The notes beneath the pieces were generated by a model, which saw only the letters and a program-made list of their open reading frames with translations, had not been told where the DNA came from and did no database searches. Positions 45,621 through 54,442 of a stretch of 64,000 bases of DNA are shown in pieces. The stretch comes from an uncultured Lentisphaeria bacterium (GTDB lineage: Bacteria; Verrucomicrobiota; Lentisphaeria; Victivallales; UBA1829), in contig CASDPB010000036.1 in the NCBI GenBank assembly GCA_949282305.1, forward strand, positions 66,425 through 130,424, written 5' to 3'. Within the stretch, counting starts at the first letter, position 1, and each line of letters starts with the position of its first letter. The position numbers were made by a program, and so were the translations under genes.

Positions 45621-46715
45621 ATGAGCATGGCATCGGAACAGAATGTTTTTCCATATATTGTTGCGCCTTTGCTGGCATGGTATGACGCCCATGCGCGTAT
45701 TCTGCCGTGGCGCGGGAATCCGGCGCCCTATCGGGTCTGGATTTCCGAAATCATGCTTCAGCAGACCCGTGTCGAGGCGGTAAAGCCTTATTTCGAGCGA
45801 TTCATTGCGGAGCTGCCTGACCTCAAGGCGCTTGCCGCCGCGCCGGAGGAGCTGCTTCTGAAGTTATGGGAAGGGCTCGGCTACTATAATCGCGTCCGCA
45901 ATCTCCGGAGGACTGCGGAAGTGGTTCTGGAACGTTACGGCGGTGTGTTTCCCGCTTCCTGCGAAGAGCTGATGTCTCTGCCGGGAATCGGCGAATATAC
46001 GGCGGGGGCGATTGCATCAATTTCGTTCGGTCTGCCCTGTCCCGCGGTGGACGGCAATGTACTGCGTGTGATTGCGCGGGTGACGGAGAACCGCGGAGAT
46101 ATGATGAAGGACAAAGTGCGCAGGGAGATCGCTTCGCGTCTGAAGGCGGTTTACCCGGCGGGGCGCTGCGGCGACTTCACGCAGAGCCTGATGGAACTCG
46201 GGGCGACGGTCTGTCTGCCGAATGGTGCGCCGAAATGCGGAAAATGCCCGCTTGCGGAGCTTTGTCGCGGTTTCAGGAACGGGACTGCTTCGGAACTTCC
46301 TGTCAAGGCGGGGAAAAAAGCGCGGCGCAAGGAACGGAGAACCGTTTTCCTGCTACGCTGCGGCGACAGGATTGCGCTTTGCAGACGTCCGGAGAAGGGA
46401 GTGCTTGCCGGGTTATGGGAGTTTCCGAACGTGGAAGGTTCCCCGGACAGGCGTGAAGTTGCGGAGCTGATGGCGCAATGGGGGCTCTCTGTTCTTCATA
46501 TTCAGCCGTCGGTAAGTGCAAAACATGTTTTCACGCACCTGGAGTGGCACATGTCGAGCTGGTTCATTGAGTGCGCGGAACCGGTTCCCCGGTTTCACTG
46601 GGTGACTCGTGAAACTCTGCGCGGAAAAATATCCCTGCCGTCCGCGTGGAAAGCCTTTACCGGGGTGGTTTTTTCCGATTCTCCTCTTGAACTGGAACTG
46701 CCTTTCAAAGATTGA
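45621..46715 (+). CDS. mutY: A/G-specific adenine DNA glycosylase MutY
   Basis: 364 aa with LLAWYDAHARILPWRGNPAPYRVWISEIMLQQTRVEAVKPYFERF, the HhH-GPD motif LPGIGEYTAGAI, an iron-sulfur Cys cluster (C..PKCGKCPLAELC) and a NUDIX-like C-terminal domain. Confidence 0.92.
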   Translation: MSMASEQNVFPYIVAPLLAWYDAHARILPWRGNPAPYRVWISEIMLQQTRVEAVKPYFERFIAELPDLKALAAAPEELLLKLWEGLGYYNRVRNLRRTAEVVLERYGGVFPASCEELMSLPGIGEYTAGAIASISFGLPCPAVDGNVLRVIARVTENRGDMMKDKVRREIASRLKAVYPAGRCGDFTQSLMELGATVCLPNGAPKCGKCPLAELCRGFRNGTASELPVKAGKKARRKERRTVFLLRCGDRIALCRRPEKGVLAGLWEFPNVEGSPDRREVAELMAQWGLSVLHIQPSVSAKHVFTHLEWHMSSWFIECAEPVPRFHWVTRETLRGKISLPSAWKAFTGVVFSDSPLELELPFKD

Positions 46716-46780
46716 TCCCGCTCCTGTTGCCGGCGACGCCGTTTTCCGTTGATCTGCCGTCCGGAGACGGTGCCCGTGTG

Positions 46781-46810
46781 CGCCGCATCGGCGCGGCGGC
46801 TCTTTTTTTT
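46781..46810 (+). terminator. rho-independent terminator after mutY
   Basis: CGCCGC-atcggc-GCGGCG followed by gcTCTTTTTTTT (an 8-T run). Confidence 0.55.
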
Positions 46811-46900
46811 CCGATTTTTTTTGATGTGCCCCTTGTTTTTTTGTTTGATCTGCTTATAATTAAATACAAGGATAATATACATGTATGGAAAGGTGCTGCG

Positions 46901-48001
46901 ATGCTGGATTCCATGATAAAAAGATCGTCTTTCCGCAAGAACAGCGAAGTGGTGTATTCGCCTCTGGTGAAGGAGCTTGAGGCTTCGATCCGGCGGGGGG
47001 AGCTGGCGCCGGGCGAACAGATTCCTCCGGAAAATCTGCTTGCGGAACAGTTCGGAATCAGCCGTTCCTCGGTGCGTCTGGGGCTGAATCTTCTGGAGAC
47101 CCGGGGGATTGTGGTGAAGCGCGCGGGGAAGGGGACGTTCGTGCGGGACTGCACGGAGGAGAATGTGCCCTCGAAATCCGCGGTCAAGACCATCGGGATC
47201 AACATTCCGCTGCAGGAGGACGGCAAGGAGAACTGGTATGATTCCAAGATCATGGCGTCTGTCCTGCCTGTCTGCAATGAACGCAATCTGCGTCTGAGCG
47301 TTGTCGGCAGGAAGGAAGTGGGGCTCCTTGGCAGGGCTTTCGTGGACGCGTTGCTTCTGCTGTGCTACAACGGTTCGCGTGAAGAACTTCTGATGCTTCA
47401 GTCCTCGGGGATTGAGACGATTCTTTTCAACCGTATTTTTGCGCATGAGAAGATCGCCTATGTTTCGGTGAATTACCGCTACGAGTCGGAGAAGGCGGTG
47501 CGGTTCATCCGCGGACTCGGGCATGACAGGATCGGCGTGATAACGGTGCCTACGGAGGACAACACCTCGACGGGGCTGCGCGAGTCCGGCTATCTGGATG
47601 CGATGGAACTGCGCGAGTTCGACCCGGATCTGACCTGTCGTGTCAAACCGCAGTGTTCCGATGCGTATTATACGGACCGGATCGAGTCGTTTCTGAAAGA
47701 GCGGGGGCGGAATTTCAGCGCGCTGTTTCTCCCGAACGGAAGTTTTGGCGTGCCGGCATTTCTTGCGTGCATGCGTCTGGGGCTGCGTGTGCCGGACGAC
47801 CTTGAACTGCTCTGCTTCGACGACATCGCCTATCTTTACCAGACTTACCGGATCCCGTTCCATTATATCAAGATGCCGCTACACGAGATGGCGGCGGACG
47901 CGGTGAATTATCTTTCCGCGAAGATGGCGGACCCTGCCGTGCCGGTATTGAAACGTCTGTATCAGGTGGAAATCTTAAAAATGGAAGAGAAGGAGGAGTG
48001 A
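46901..48001 (+). CDS. GntR-type wHTH regulator fused to a LacI/PBP-like sugar-binding domain
   Basis: ATG 46901 gives MLDSMIKRSSFRKNSEVVYSPLVKELEASIRRGELAPGEQIPPENLLAEQFGISRSSVRLGLNLLETRGIVVKRAGKGTFV. It has the same architecture as 5244..6341. The antisense 422-aa ORF is rejected. Confidence 0.85.
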   Translation: MLDSMIKRSSFRKNSEVVYSPLVKELEASIRRGELAPGEQIPPENLLAEQFGISRSSVRLGLNLLETRGIVVKRAGKGTFVRDCTEENVPSKSAVKTIGINIPLQEDGKENWYDSKIMASVLPVCNERNLRLSVVGRKEVGLLGRAFVDALLLLCYNGSREELLMLQSSGIETILFNRIFAHEKIAYVSVNYRYESEKAVRFIRGLGHDRIGVITVPTEDNTSTGLRESGYLDAMELREFDPDLTCRVKPQCSDAYYTDRIESFLKERGRNFSALFLPNGSFGVPAFLACMRLGLRVPDDLELLCFDDIAYLYQTYRIPFHYIKMPLHEMAADAVNYLSAKMADPAVPVLKRLYQVEILKMEEKEE

Positions 48002-48210
48002 AGATGAGCAGTGGACACGGATTTTCTGCTTTGCAGTCCGAACGGGAAAACAGGGGGATGATGTGTTCGCTCCGCTCTTCGCGGCGCGGAACGGTTTCCG
48101 TCGGAGGGCGCAGTCAATCCGCTGTCTGCCTTGCTGATACATTCCGTCTGCCCGGTGTCCGCTTGTTCCGATGCTTCCCCGTTTCCGGCGCTTCCGTTCC
48201 CGCTTTCAGA

Positions 48211-48987
48211 ATGAAAACGGGAGTTTTCACATTGATTGAGCTTCTGATTGTAATTGCGATCATCGCCATTCTTGCCGGGATGCTGCTTCCGGCGTTGAAT
48301 AAAGCGAGGGCAAATGCGAAAACGATTGCCTGTCTCGGCAATATCAAACAGATGGGAATGGCGACAATCGGCTATGGAATGGATTATGAGGACATTGTCC
48401 TGCCTTTCGTCGGATACAAGGAGGACAGCACCCGGAATATAGGCGGGCCCGGCGATGAATTCAAATACTGGATTTATTATGCCAGGAGTTATGCAGGGAT
48501 TCACATTGACAATCCTGATACCGGTGCACTGTATGCGATCAATGTCCCGGCGAAGTATTGGCATGGCGTCATGAAGTGTCCTGCCGCGGGAGGGCGTGTC
48601 AATTCCCTGGGATATGTCAGCTATGGAATGCTGCAATACTTCATTGGGGGACGTGTCGCCTACGGTACATCAACGGCGGGGTTGAAGTTCCACAAAATCA
48701 GGCAGCCGTCCAAAGTTGCCTATCTGATGGATTCTGTTTATCCGGTGCCATCCATTCTTGCCGGGCCTTTGAATGGCGGAATGGATCTTTCTCCGCTGAC
48801 CAACTCCGGTATTTATTATGTCAGCAACGGCGGGCAGAATATTTCCCGGCGCAGACACGGCGGGAAGAGCAATACTTTCTTTCCCGACGGTCATGCGGAA
48901 ACTCTGCTGGAAAGTTTTCTGAAACAGGAGGACAACGGCGGAAGATGGTATGCGTCCTGGCTGCTGGGATACAACGCATTCAAATAA
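48211..48987 (+). CDS. type IV prepilin-like protein (DUF1559 / H-X9-DG family)
   Basis: ATG 48211 gives [49 protein letters not shown]. The tail is HGGKSNTFFPDGH (H-X9-DG). Confidence 0.85.
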   Translation: MKTGVFTLIELLIVIAIIAILAGMLLPALNKARANAKTIACLGNIKQMGMATIGYGMDYEDIVLPFVGYKEDSTRNIGGPGDEFKYWIYYARSYAGIHIDNPDTGALYAINVPAKYWHGVMKCPAAGGRVNSLGYVSYGMLQYFIGGRVAYGTSTAGLKFHKIRQPSKVAYLMDSVYPVPSILAGPLNGGMDLSPLTNSGIYYVSNGGQNISRRRHGGKSNTFFPDGHAETLLESFLKQEDNGGRWYASWLLGYNAFK

Positions 48988-49025
48988 AAATCAAAAATCA
49001 TCAATAAAACAGGAGAATTTCAATT

Positions 49026-49847
49026 ATGAGAAAAGCAGTTTTCTGTCTTGCCGGTGCCGCATTCGCAGTCACGGCTGTTGCCGAAATGAAAAACAACCCT
49101 GACCCGAACACCCTCTGGTGCGAAGATGGAAAGGCGATTGTCACGCAGGCGGGAAATTCCCGCAATGGCTGGAACAATGCATTGAAATATGAGTCTATGC
49201 CCGACGGGAAAGGTTTCAGCGTGGAGTTTGAGGGGAAGCCGACAGGAGGGCGCTATGTTGAGGTATCGGCAGAATATCCGTGGTTCGTCTATGAGATTTC
49301 CGACGTTGAATTGAAAAAAGGATACTGCCAGAATGCCATTGGTTTCCAGCGGGTTGCGCGACATGCGCAGATCGGCAAGATTTTTCCGGGTGTTTATGCG
49401 TTCAACCTCTATGAGAACTCTGCTCTGGAAAAGAAAGGGAGACCTTTCATGCGGATTGACCAGTTCGGCTCAAAACTGACATACCGTTACATGAAAATGG
49501 TGAAGACGCCGGAGAATTACATCCAGTGCGTGTCCGAAGCATTCAAAAGCAAAAAGGCGTTCGGAGCGGGTGATAAACTGAATTTCACCGTGACACTGAA
49601 AGACCCCGCGGAGGATGTGGTGCTCTCCTTCTTCAAGTCCTACACGATGCCGCAGGTCAAGCTGGGAGGCGGGACGAGTCTGCAGCTGAAACCGGCGGAC
49701 AAGGACGGCAGGATCTGGACGGGGGAACTGACGGTCGCCCCGCTGGACGGAAAGTTCAAAGTGAATGACATCTGGGTCAAAGCGGACGTCGTCGGCGGAG
49801 GAATCGCCCTGCCTCTCTGGACTGTGATTCCGTATGAATACAAGTAA
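49026..49847 (+). CDS. secreted hypothetical protein
   Basis: 273 aa with signal peptide MRKAVFCLAGAAFAVTAVA. No family recognised. Confidence 0.8.
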   Translation: MRKAVFCLAGAAFAVTAVAEMKNNPDPNTLWCEDGKAIVTQAGNSRNGWNNALKYESMPDGKGFSVEFEGKPTGGRYVEVSAEYPWFVYEISDVELKKGYCQNAIGFQRVARHAQIGKIFPGVYAFNLYENSALEKKGRPFMRIDQFGSKLTYRYMKMVKTPENYIQCVSEAFKSKKAFGAGDKLNFTVTLKDPAEDVVLSFFKSYTMPQVKLGGGTSLQLKPADKDGRIWTGELTVAPLDGKFKVNDIWVKADVVGGGIALPLWTVIPYEYK

Positions 49848-49866
49848 AAGACCGGATTGAGGCAAG

Positions 49867-52395
49867 ATGATGAAACAAACCCTGATGATGCTGTTGATGC
49901 TCTGTTTCTGGTGCGTCTGCGGCGCGAACCTGAAACCGCCGTTCCGCGCGGAGGCGATGGCATTTTACTTTGTCCATGACGGCGGACCCCTCAAGCTGGA
50001 ATTGAAGGTTGCGACGGATGGAGAGAACCAGAACGCACCCGCCTATCTGCGCCGGGACGGTGCATTCGTCGGACGCATTTTCGATGCGGATGAGAAACTG
50101 GCTGAATGGGATTACCGGAAGGTCAAGGCGGGGACGGAGACGGTGTTTTCCCATGATTTCGGCGAGAGTGCGCCGGCGGGCATTTACCAGATTCGTTACA
50201 GCGGCGCCAATGTTGTCGTGACGCCGTCCTCGGTTCCCGAAAGGAAATTCGGTGCGGCGCCCTTGCGATGCACTGTGAATGCCACTGCTCCGGATCAGTT
50301 TTCCGGGACCTGGTTTTATATTCCGGAAAATGCTTCGGAACTGAGCGTGGCGTCAATCGGGGGAAAGCCGACGGTGAAAAATGCAAAAGGGGAGGCGGTT
50401 GGAAAGACGGGGAAGATTGATCTGGCGGCGCACCGCGGGGAAGTCTGGCAGTTCAGTATGCCGATGAAGCCGGGAAAATATGAGCGTTTCGGCTTCAACG
50501 GCGCAACGCTGATTCTCTGTCCCGACGCGGAAACGGCAGAACGGATCCGGGGCAGTCTGGAGACGGCGTCCGACGGGACGCTCTATCCGCATAAGTTTCA
50601 GGTGAGGATTCACGACTGGATTCAGAACGCGAAGAAGACGGATCTGAAAATGGAAACCGTCGATCTGCGCAAATTCGTGCCGGAGATGGAAAAAGACCCC
50701 GCCGCACGCGGACTGATCGGTCCGTGGGGGCTGTTCACTTATCTGAACGACATGATTGCAAAACAGAATATCGACCCGGCGAGTCCCGCGTTCGGCGAGA
50801 CGAAATACGCCGATGCCCTTGCCGCCGCCTACGCCATGAACAAACCCTACAATCCGTATTACCTGAATCCGGTTCTGGAGAAGCGTTTCCTGATTGCGGA
50901 ACTGAAGAAGTTTCTGAGCATGACGGAAAATGAAACCTGGGCGCAGTCGTCTTCGAATTATTCCGGCGGGGACGCGCTGTCGGTTGTAAAAAAATACGAG
51001 GTGTTTCATGAGGCATACCGTTCTCTGAAGGACAGGGAGGCCGCGGAGCTCTGGTATGATGCGGTAAGACGGACCGCCGACCGTTTTTCGATGTTCCGCG
51101 TAAGCTGCGAGAACCAGTCTTCGCACTGGCCGTTCATCTATCAGAATCTGTATGAGGCGGCGGGCAATGAGAAATACCGAGAAATGGCGGAGGATTATGT
51201 CGGAGGCATGAGCCGCGAGGGCGGCGATCCCTTTATGCAGACCGGATATCTGCAGGAGGCATACGGTCCCGATGCGACCTATCAGGGGCTTGGCGCGTGT
51301 TATCTCGCGCTCTATTACCGCATGAGCGGCAATCCCGTTGCAAAAAACATGCTCCGCACGATTTACGATTTCTTCAATCACAGCGTCGCGCCGGAGCCGG
51401 ACGGCAGTATTTTCGGCGCGAGCAATTTCTCGCACCGCACGATGGGCTCATGGGTAAAGCGTCAGTACGGCGGCGGGCTTCAGATGATGAAAGGGGAACT
51501 TCCGGAGGCGGCGGTGTGGTTTTCCGAGCCTGAAAATCAGAGCATCGGGGAAACGTTCAAACCGCAGGAGTGCTCACACGGGGCGATCTATGCGACTCAT
51601 GTGATTGCGCCTTATTACTCCGATTTCAAATATCCGTCGGGATTGCTGAAAGACGCAAAACTGCCGGTGATGCGGAGCGACAGCTTCACGAAAAACTTCA
51701 ACAACGAGTTTATCGCAGTCCGCAGACCTGCCTGTTATGCGTTCGCCTACATCGGGCAGACCGCGCCGAAGTGGACCGCTTCGCAGCGTCCGAAGAAACC
51801 GGAGAAGTATCACTACAACAACAAATGGACTCAGACCCAGGGGCTTTCCATGCTCTGGTTTCCGGGATTCGGCTCCTTTGTCCTTGCAATGAACTGGAGC
51901 GGCGACACCGCGCAGATTTTGCGCGCTGATCTTGACAACGGCGAGTGTGCCTATCCCGACTACTGGGATTTCTCCGGCAAGTTTGTAAACGGCAAACTGC
52001 TCATCAGGAGCAGCATGTTCAACCTGAAAGATGTTGTATTCGACCGGATCATCAACTTTCTCGACAACGGAATTTCCCAGAAACTGATCGTGAACTTCCG
52101 GAAGGATGTCCGGGTGAAAGACCTGTATGAGCAGATTCCGTTCCTGATGGAAGGGAAAAAACTGAAATTCGAGTTCCTCGTCGACGGGAAATGGCAGAGT
52201 GTGCCGGGCATTGCGAATGAGATTCGCGTCAATGACTCAATCCGGATCAAGCTGTCCCGTCCGCTGTTCTGCGATTTCGGTCCGGAGTGCCGTTATCAGA
52301 ACCAGAAGATGGGCGTATTGCGTCTGCATCTGGGGAATGAATTCAAATCCGGAGACCGTTTTCTGCTGACTTATTCCATTGAACGGGAGAAATGA
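49867..52395 (+). CDS. secreted 842-aa protein of unknown function (paralog of 54436..56964)
   Basis: Signal peptide [20 protein letters not shown]. It is collinear with its paralog at several blocks (see findings). ATGA overlap with the next gene. Confidence 0.85.
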   Translation: MMKQTLMMLLMLCFWCVCGANLKPPFRAEAMAFYFVHDGGPLKLELKVATDGENQNAPAYLRRDGAFVGRIFDADEKLAEWDYRKVKAGTETVFSHDFGESAPAGIYQIRYSGANVVVTPSSVPERKFGAAPLRCTVNATAPDQFSGTWFYIPENASELSVASIGGKPTVKNAKGEAVGKTGKIDLAAHRGEVWQFSMPMKPGKYERFGFNGATLILCPDAETAERIRGSLETASDGTLYPHKFQVRIHDWIQNAKKTDLKMETVDLRKFVPEMEKDPAARGLIGPWGLFTYLNDMIAKQNIDPASPAFGETKYADALAAAYAMNKPYNPYYLNPVLEKRFLIAELKKFLSMTENETWAQSSSNYSGGDALSVVKKYEVFHEAYRSLKDREAAELWYDAVRRTADRFSMFRVSCENQSSHWPFIYQNLYEAAGNEKYREMAEDYVGGMSREGGDPFMQTGYLQEAYGPDATYQGLGACYLALYYRMSGNPVAKNMLRTIYDFFNHSVAPEPDGSIFGASNFSHRTMGSWVKRQYGGGLQMMKGELPEAAVWFSEPENQSIGETFKPQECSHGAIYATHVIAPYYSDFKYPSGLLKDAKLPVMRSDSFTKNFNNEFIAVRRPACYAFAYIGQTAPKWTASQRPKKPEKYHYNNKWTQTQGLSMLWFPGFGSFVLAMNWSGDTAQILRADLDNGECAYPDYWDFSGKFVNGKLLIRSSMFNLKDVVFDRIINFLDNGISQKLIVNFRKDVRVKDLYEQIPFLMEGKKLKFEFLVDGKWQSVPGIANEIRVNDSIRIKLSRPLFCDFGPECRYQNQKMGVLRLHLGNEFKSGDRFLLTYSIEREK

Positions 52396-53093
52396 GAATG
52401 GGGCGTATCGGGAAAGATCGGATTTTCACCCTTGTGGAGCTCCTGATCGTGATTGCGATCATCGCGATTCTGGCGGCGATGCTTCTGCCTGCTCTGGGCA
52501 AGGCGCGGAATTACGCGCGCAGGATTCAATGTGTCGGAAACTATCGGCAGATTTTCCTCGGCACCGTCAATTATCAGGACGAGAATAAGGAATTCATCTG
52601 CAATGGGGACATCCGCGGAACGGTTTTCGGCGGAGTCGGACAGTACTGGCATAGCCGCATTCTTTATTATGCCGGAGGTCAGAAAGGGAAAAACAGCGCG
52701 AAGATTTTCAACTGTCCTTCGGAGCCCGCCCCGGAAAATTTTCCTTACACTTCCTACGGAATCAACTGCGCTTTCACCGGTGTCGCATGGCGTTCCGACG
52801 CGACTTACGGGGCGTTCATGCGCAAGACCTCCTCCGTGAAGGAGCCGTCCAGAGTGCTCCATGTGGCGGAGGGCGGGGGGATGAATTACCGGATCGACAG
52901 TGCGAACTGGTGGTATTTCCGGCATGGCGGAACTTACCTGCGCGCGCCGGGAACTTTGAACTATGGACCGGGCGCAAAGACCAATGTCATGTATTTTGAC
53001 GGTCATGTCGCGCTGATGACACAGCCTGAGTCCCGGCAGGTGAATATGCAGGACGGCTTTTATGCCAATGCAAAGGTGGACTGGCACGAATGA
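52392..53093 (+). CDS. type IV prepilin-like protein (DUF1559-type, H-X9-DG tail degenerate)
   Basis: [55 protein letters not shown], with C-terminal ..[12 protein letters not shown]. It has 4-nt overlaps with both neighbours. Confidence 0.85.
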   Translation: MRMGRIGKDRIFTLVELLIVIAIIAILAAMLLPALGKARNYARRIQCVGNYRQIFLGTVNYQDENKEFICNGDIRGTVFGGVGQYWHSRILYYAGGQKGKNSAKIFNCPSEPAPENFPYTSYGINCAFTGVAWRSDATYGAFMRKTSSVKEPSRVLHVAEGGGMNYRIDSANWWYFRHGGTYLRAPGTLNYGPGAKTNVMYFDGHVALMTQPESRQVNMQDGFYANAKVDWHE

Positions 53094-54442
53094 GCACGGA
53101 TTCCTTTGAAATTTTTCCGGGACTGGTTCCCTCGGACCGGAGTTCCGTTCTGCGCATCGTGCCGCGTGCCGGTCATTCATTGAATGAACTCGGTGCCTTT
53201 ACGCTTTATTACCGCGCCCATGAGAATCTCCTCCGCGACGGAAGAATTACGCCGGATACGGTGAAACATCCTCTGCCTTCATGGCGTGAGGAGGACGGAC
53301 AGCTTGTGATCGAAGGATTTTTCGCCGGAGAACAGGAGCATTCCATTGACCTGATCCGTCCGGGAAGCGAGTCGCGGCCCGAAGTGCTTGCCGCATTCCG
53401 GGTTTATTCTTTGAAAGAGGATTTTCACGGTTTGAAGCCTTATCGCGGCAACTTCCACCAGCACAGCACGAACAGCCGCTGCTGTCATGCGCCTGAAGAT
53501 ACTCCTGCCCATGTTGCCGCGGAGAGCCGCAGGATCGGCATGGATTTCACGACGATCAGCGATCACTCCTATTATGACTCCGTTCGGGAAGCGGAGGCAG
53601 TGTATGCGGATGTCCCGCTTGATCTGGCTCTGTTCCCCGGCGAGGAGGTACATCCGATGCAGTGGAGTCAGCATATCGTGAATTTCGGCGGGCGTCACAG
53701 CATTACCGGGCTGATCGAAGCCGACAGGGAGAAGTTTTACCGGGAGGTGGAGGAGATACGGAAAAAGCTGTGCCTGCCGGATCGGATGGATCAGTTTGTC
53801 ATTGCCGCGTCGCAATGGGCGTTTGCGCGGATACGGGAAGCGGGCGGGCTCGCGATTCTGGCGCATCCGTTCTGGTATTACAATCCGCTTGCCGGGTTGA
53901 TGGTGTCTCCCGCTGTGACGGAGGAGCTGATCCGGGGGGGCGGGTTTGACGCGATGGAGGTCGTCAGCGGTTTCTATTATGATATCGCCGAATATAACAA
54001 CTGGCAGCTTGTCCGCTGGTTTGAGAGCCGGGCGGAGGGACGGCGGATTCCGCCTCTTGGTGTCAATGACTCGCATCGCTGCCGGGGGGAAAAGTCGGAG
54101 TTCGACTGGTATTCCACCGTGCTTCTTTCGGAATCAACCTCGTTTGAGGATATCCGGAATGCGGTTCTGGACTGCCGTTGCGGCGCGGTTGAAAGCCTGC
54201 CCGGGGCTCCGGTGAAAGTGTATGCCTCCCTGCGTCTCGTCAAATATATCCATTTCCTGCTGCGGGAATATTTTCCCGTGCATGACGCTCTGTGCCGGAA
54301 GGAAGGTCAGGCAATGGAGGCATACTGCCTGGGCGTGCCCGGTGCCGCGGAACGGCTCTCCACACTGAGCGGCGGGACGGAGGAATGGCGCCGGCGTTTT
54401 ATGGGAATGCTTTATCAAAAACAGAAGGATGGAAAATGTTGA
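53090..54442 (+). CDS. PHP-domain metal-dependent phosphoesterase-like protein, cytoplasmic
   Basis: 450 aa. The four PHP motifs appear in order: [23 protein letters not shown] and GVNDSHRC. No signal peptide. Confidence 0.75.
   Translation: MSTDSFEIFPGLVPSDRSSVLRIVPRAGHSLNELGAFTLYYRAHENLLRDGRITPDTVKHPLPSWREEDGQLVIEGFFAGEQEHSIDLIRPGSESRPEVLAAFRVYSLKEDFHGLKPYRGNFHQHSTNSRCCHAPEDTPAHVAAESRRIGMDFTTISDHSYYDSVREAEAVYADVPLDLALFPGEEVHPMQWSQHIVNFGGRHSITGLIEADREKFYREVEEIRKKLCLPDRMDQFVIAASQWAFARIREAGGLAILAHPFWYYNPLAGLMVSPAVTEELIRGGGFDAMEVVSGFYYDIAEYNNWQLVRWFESRAEGRRIPPLGVNDSHRCRGEKSEFDWYSTVLLSESTSFEDIRNAVLDCRCGAVESLPGAPVKVYASLRLVKYIHFLLREYFPVHDALCRKEGQAMEAYCLGVPGAAERLSTLSGGTEEWRRRFMGMLYQKQKDGKC

Noticed and set aside
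46595-47863. 422-aa minus-strand ORF.
   Set aside because: It is antisense to the GntR-type regulator (46901-48001), which has a clear HTH and a PBP domain. The shadow ORF is Arg/His/Gln-rich junk.
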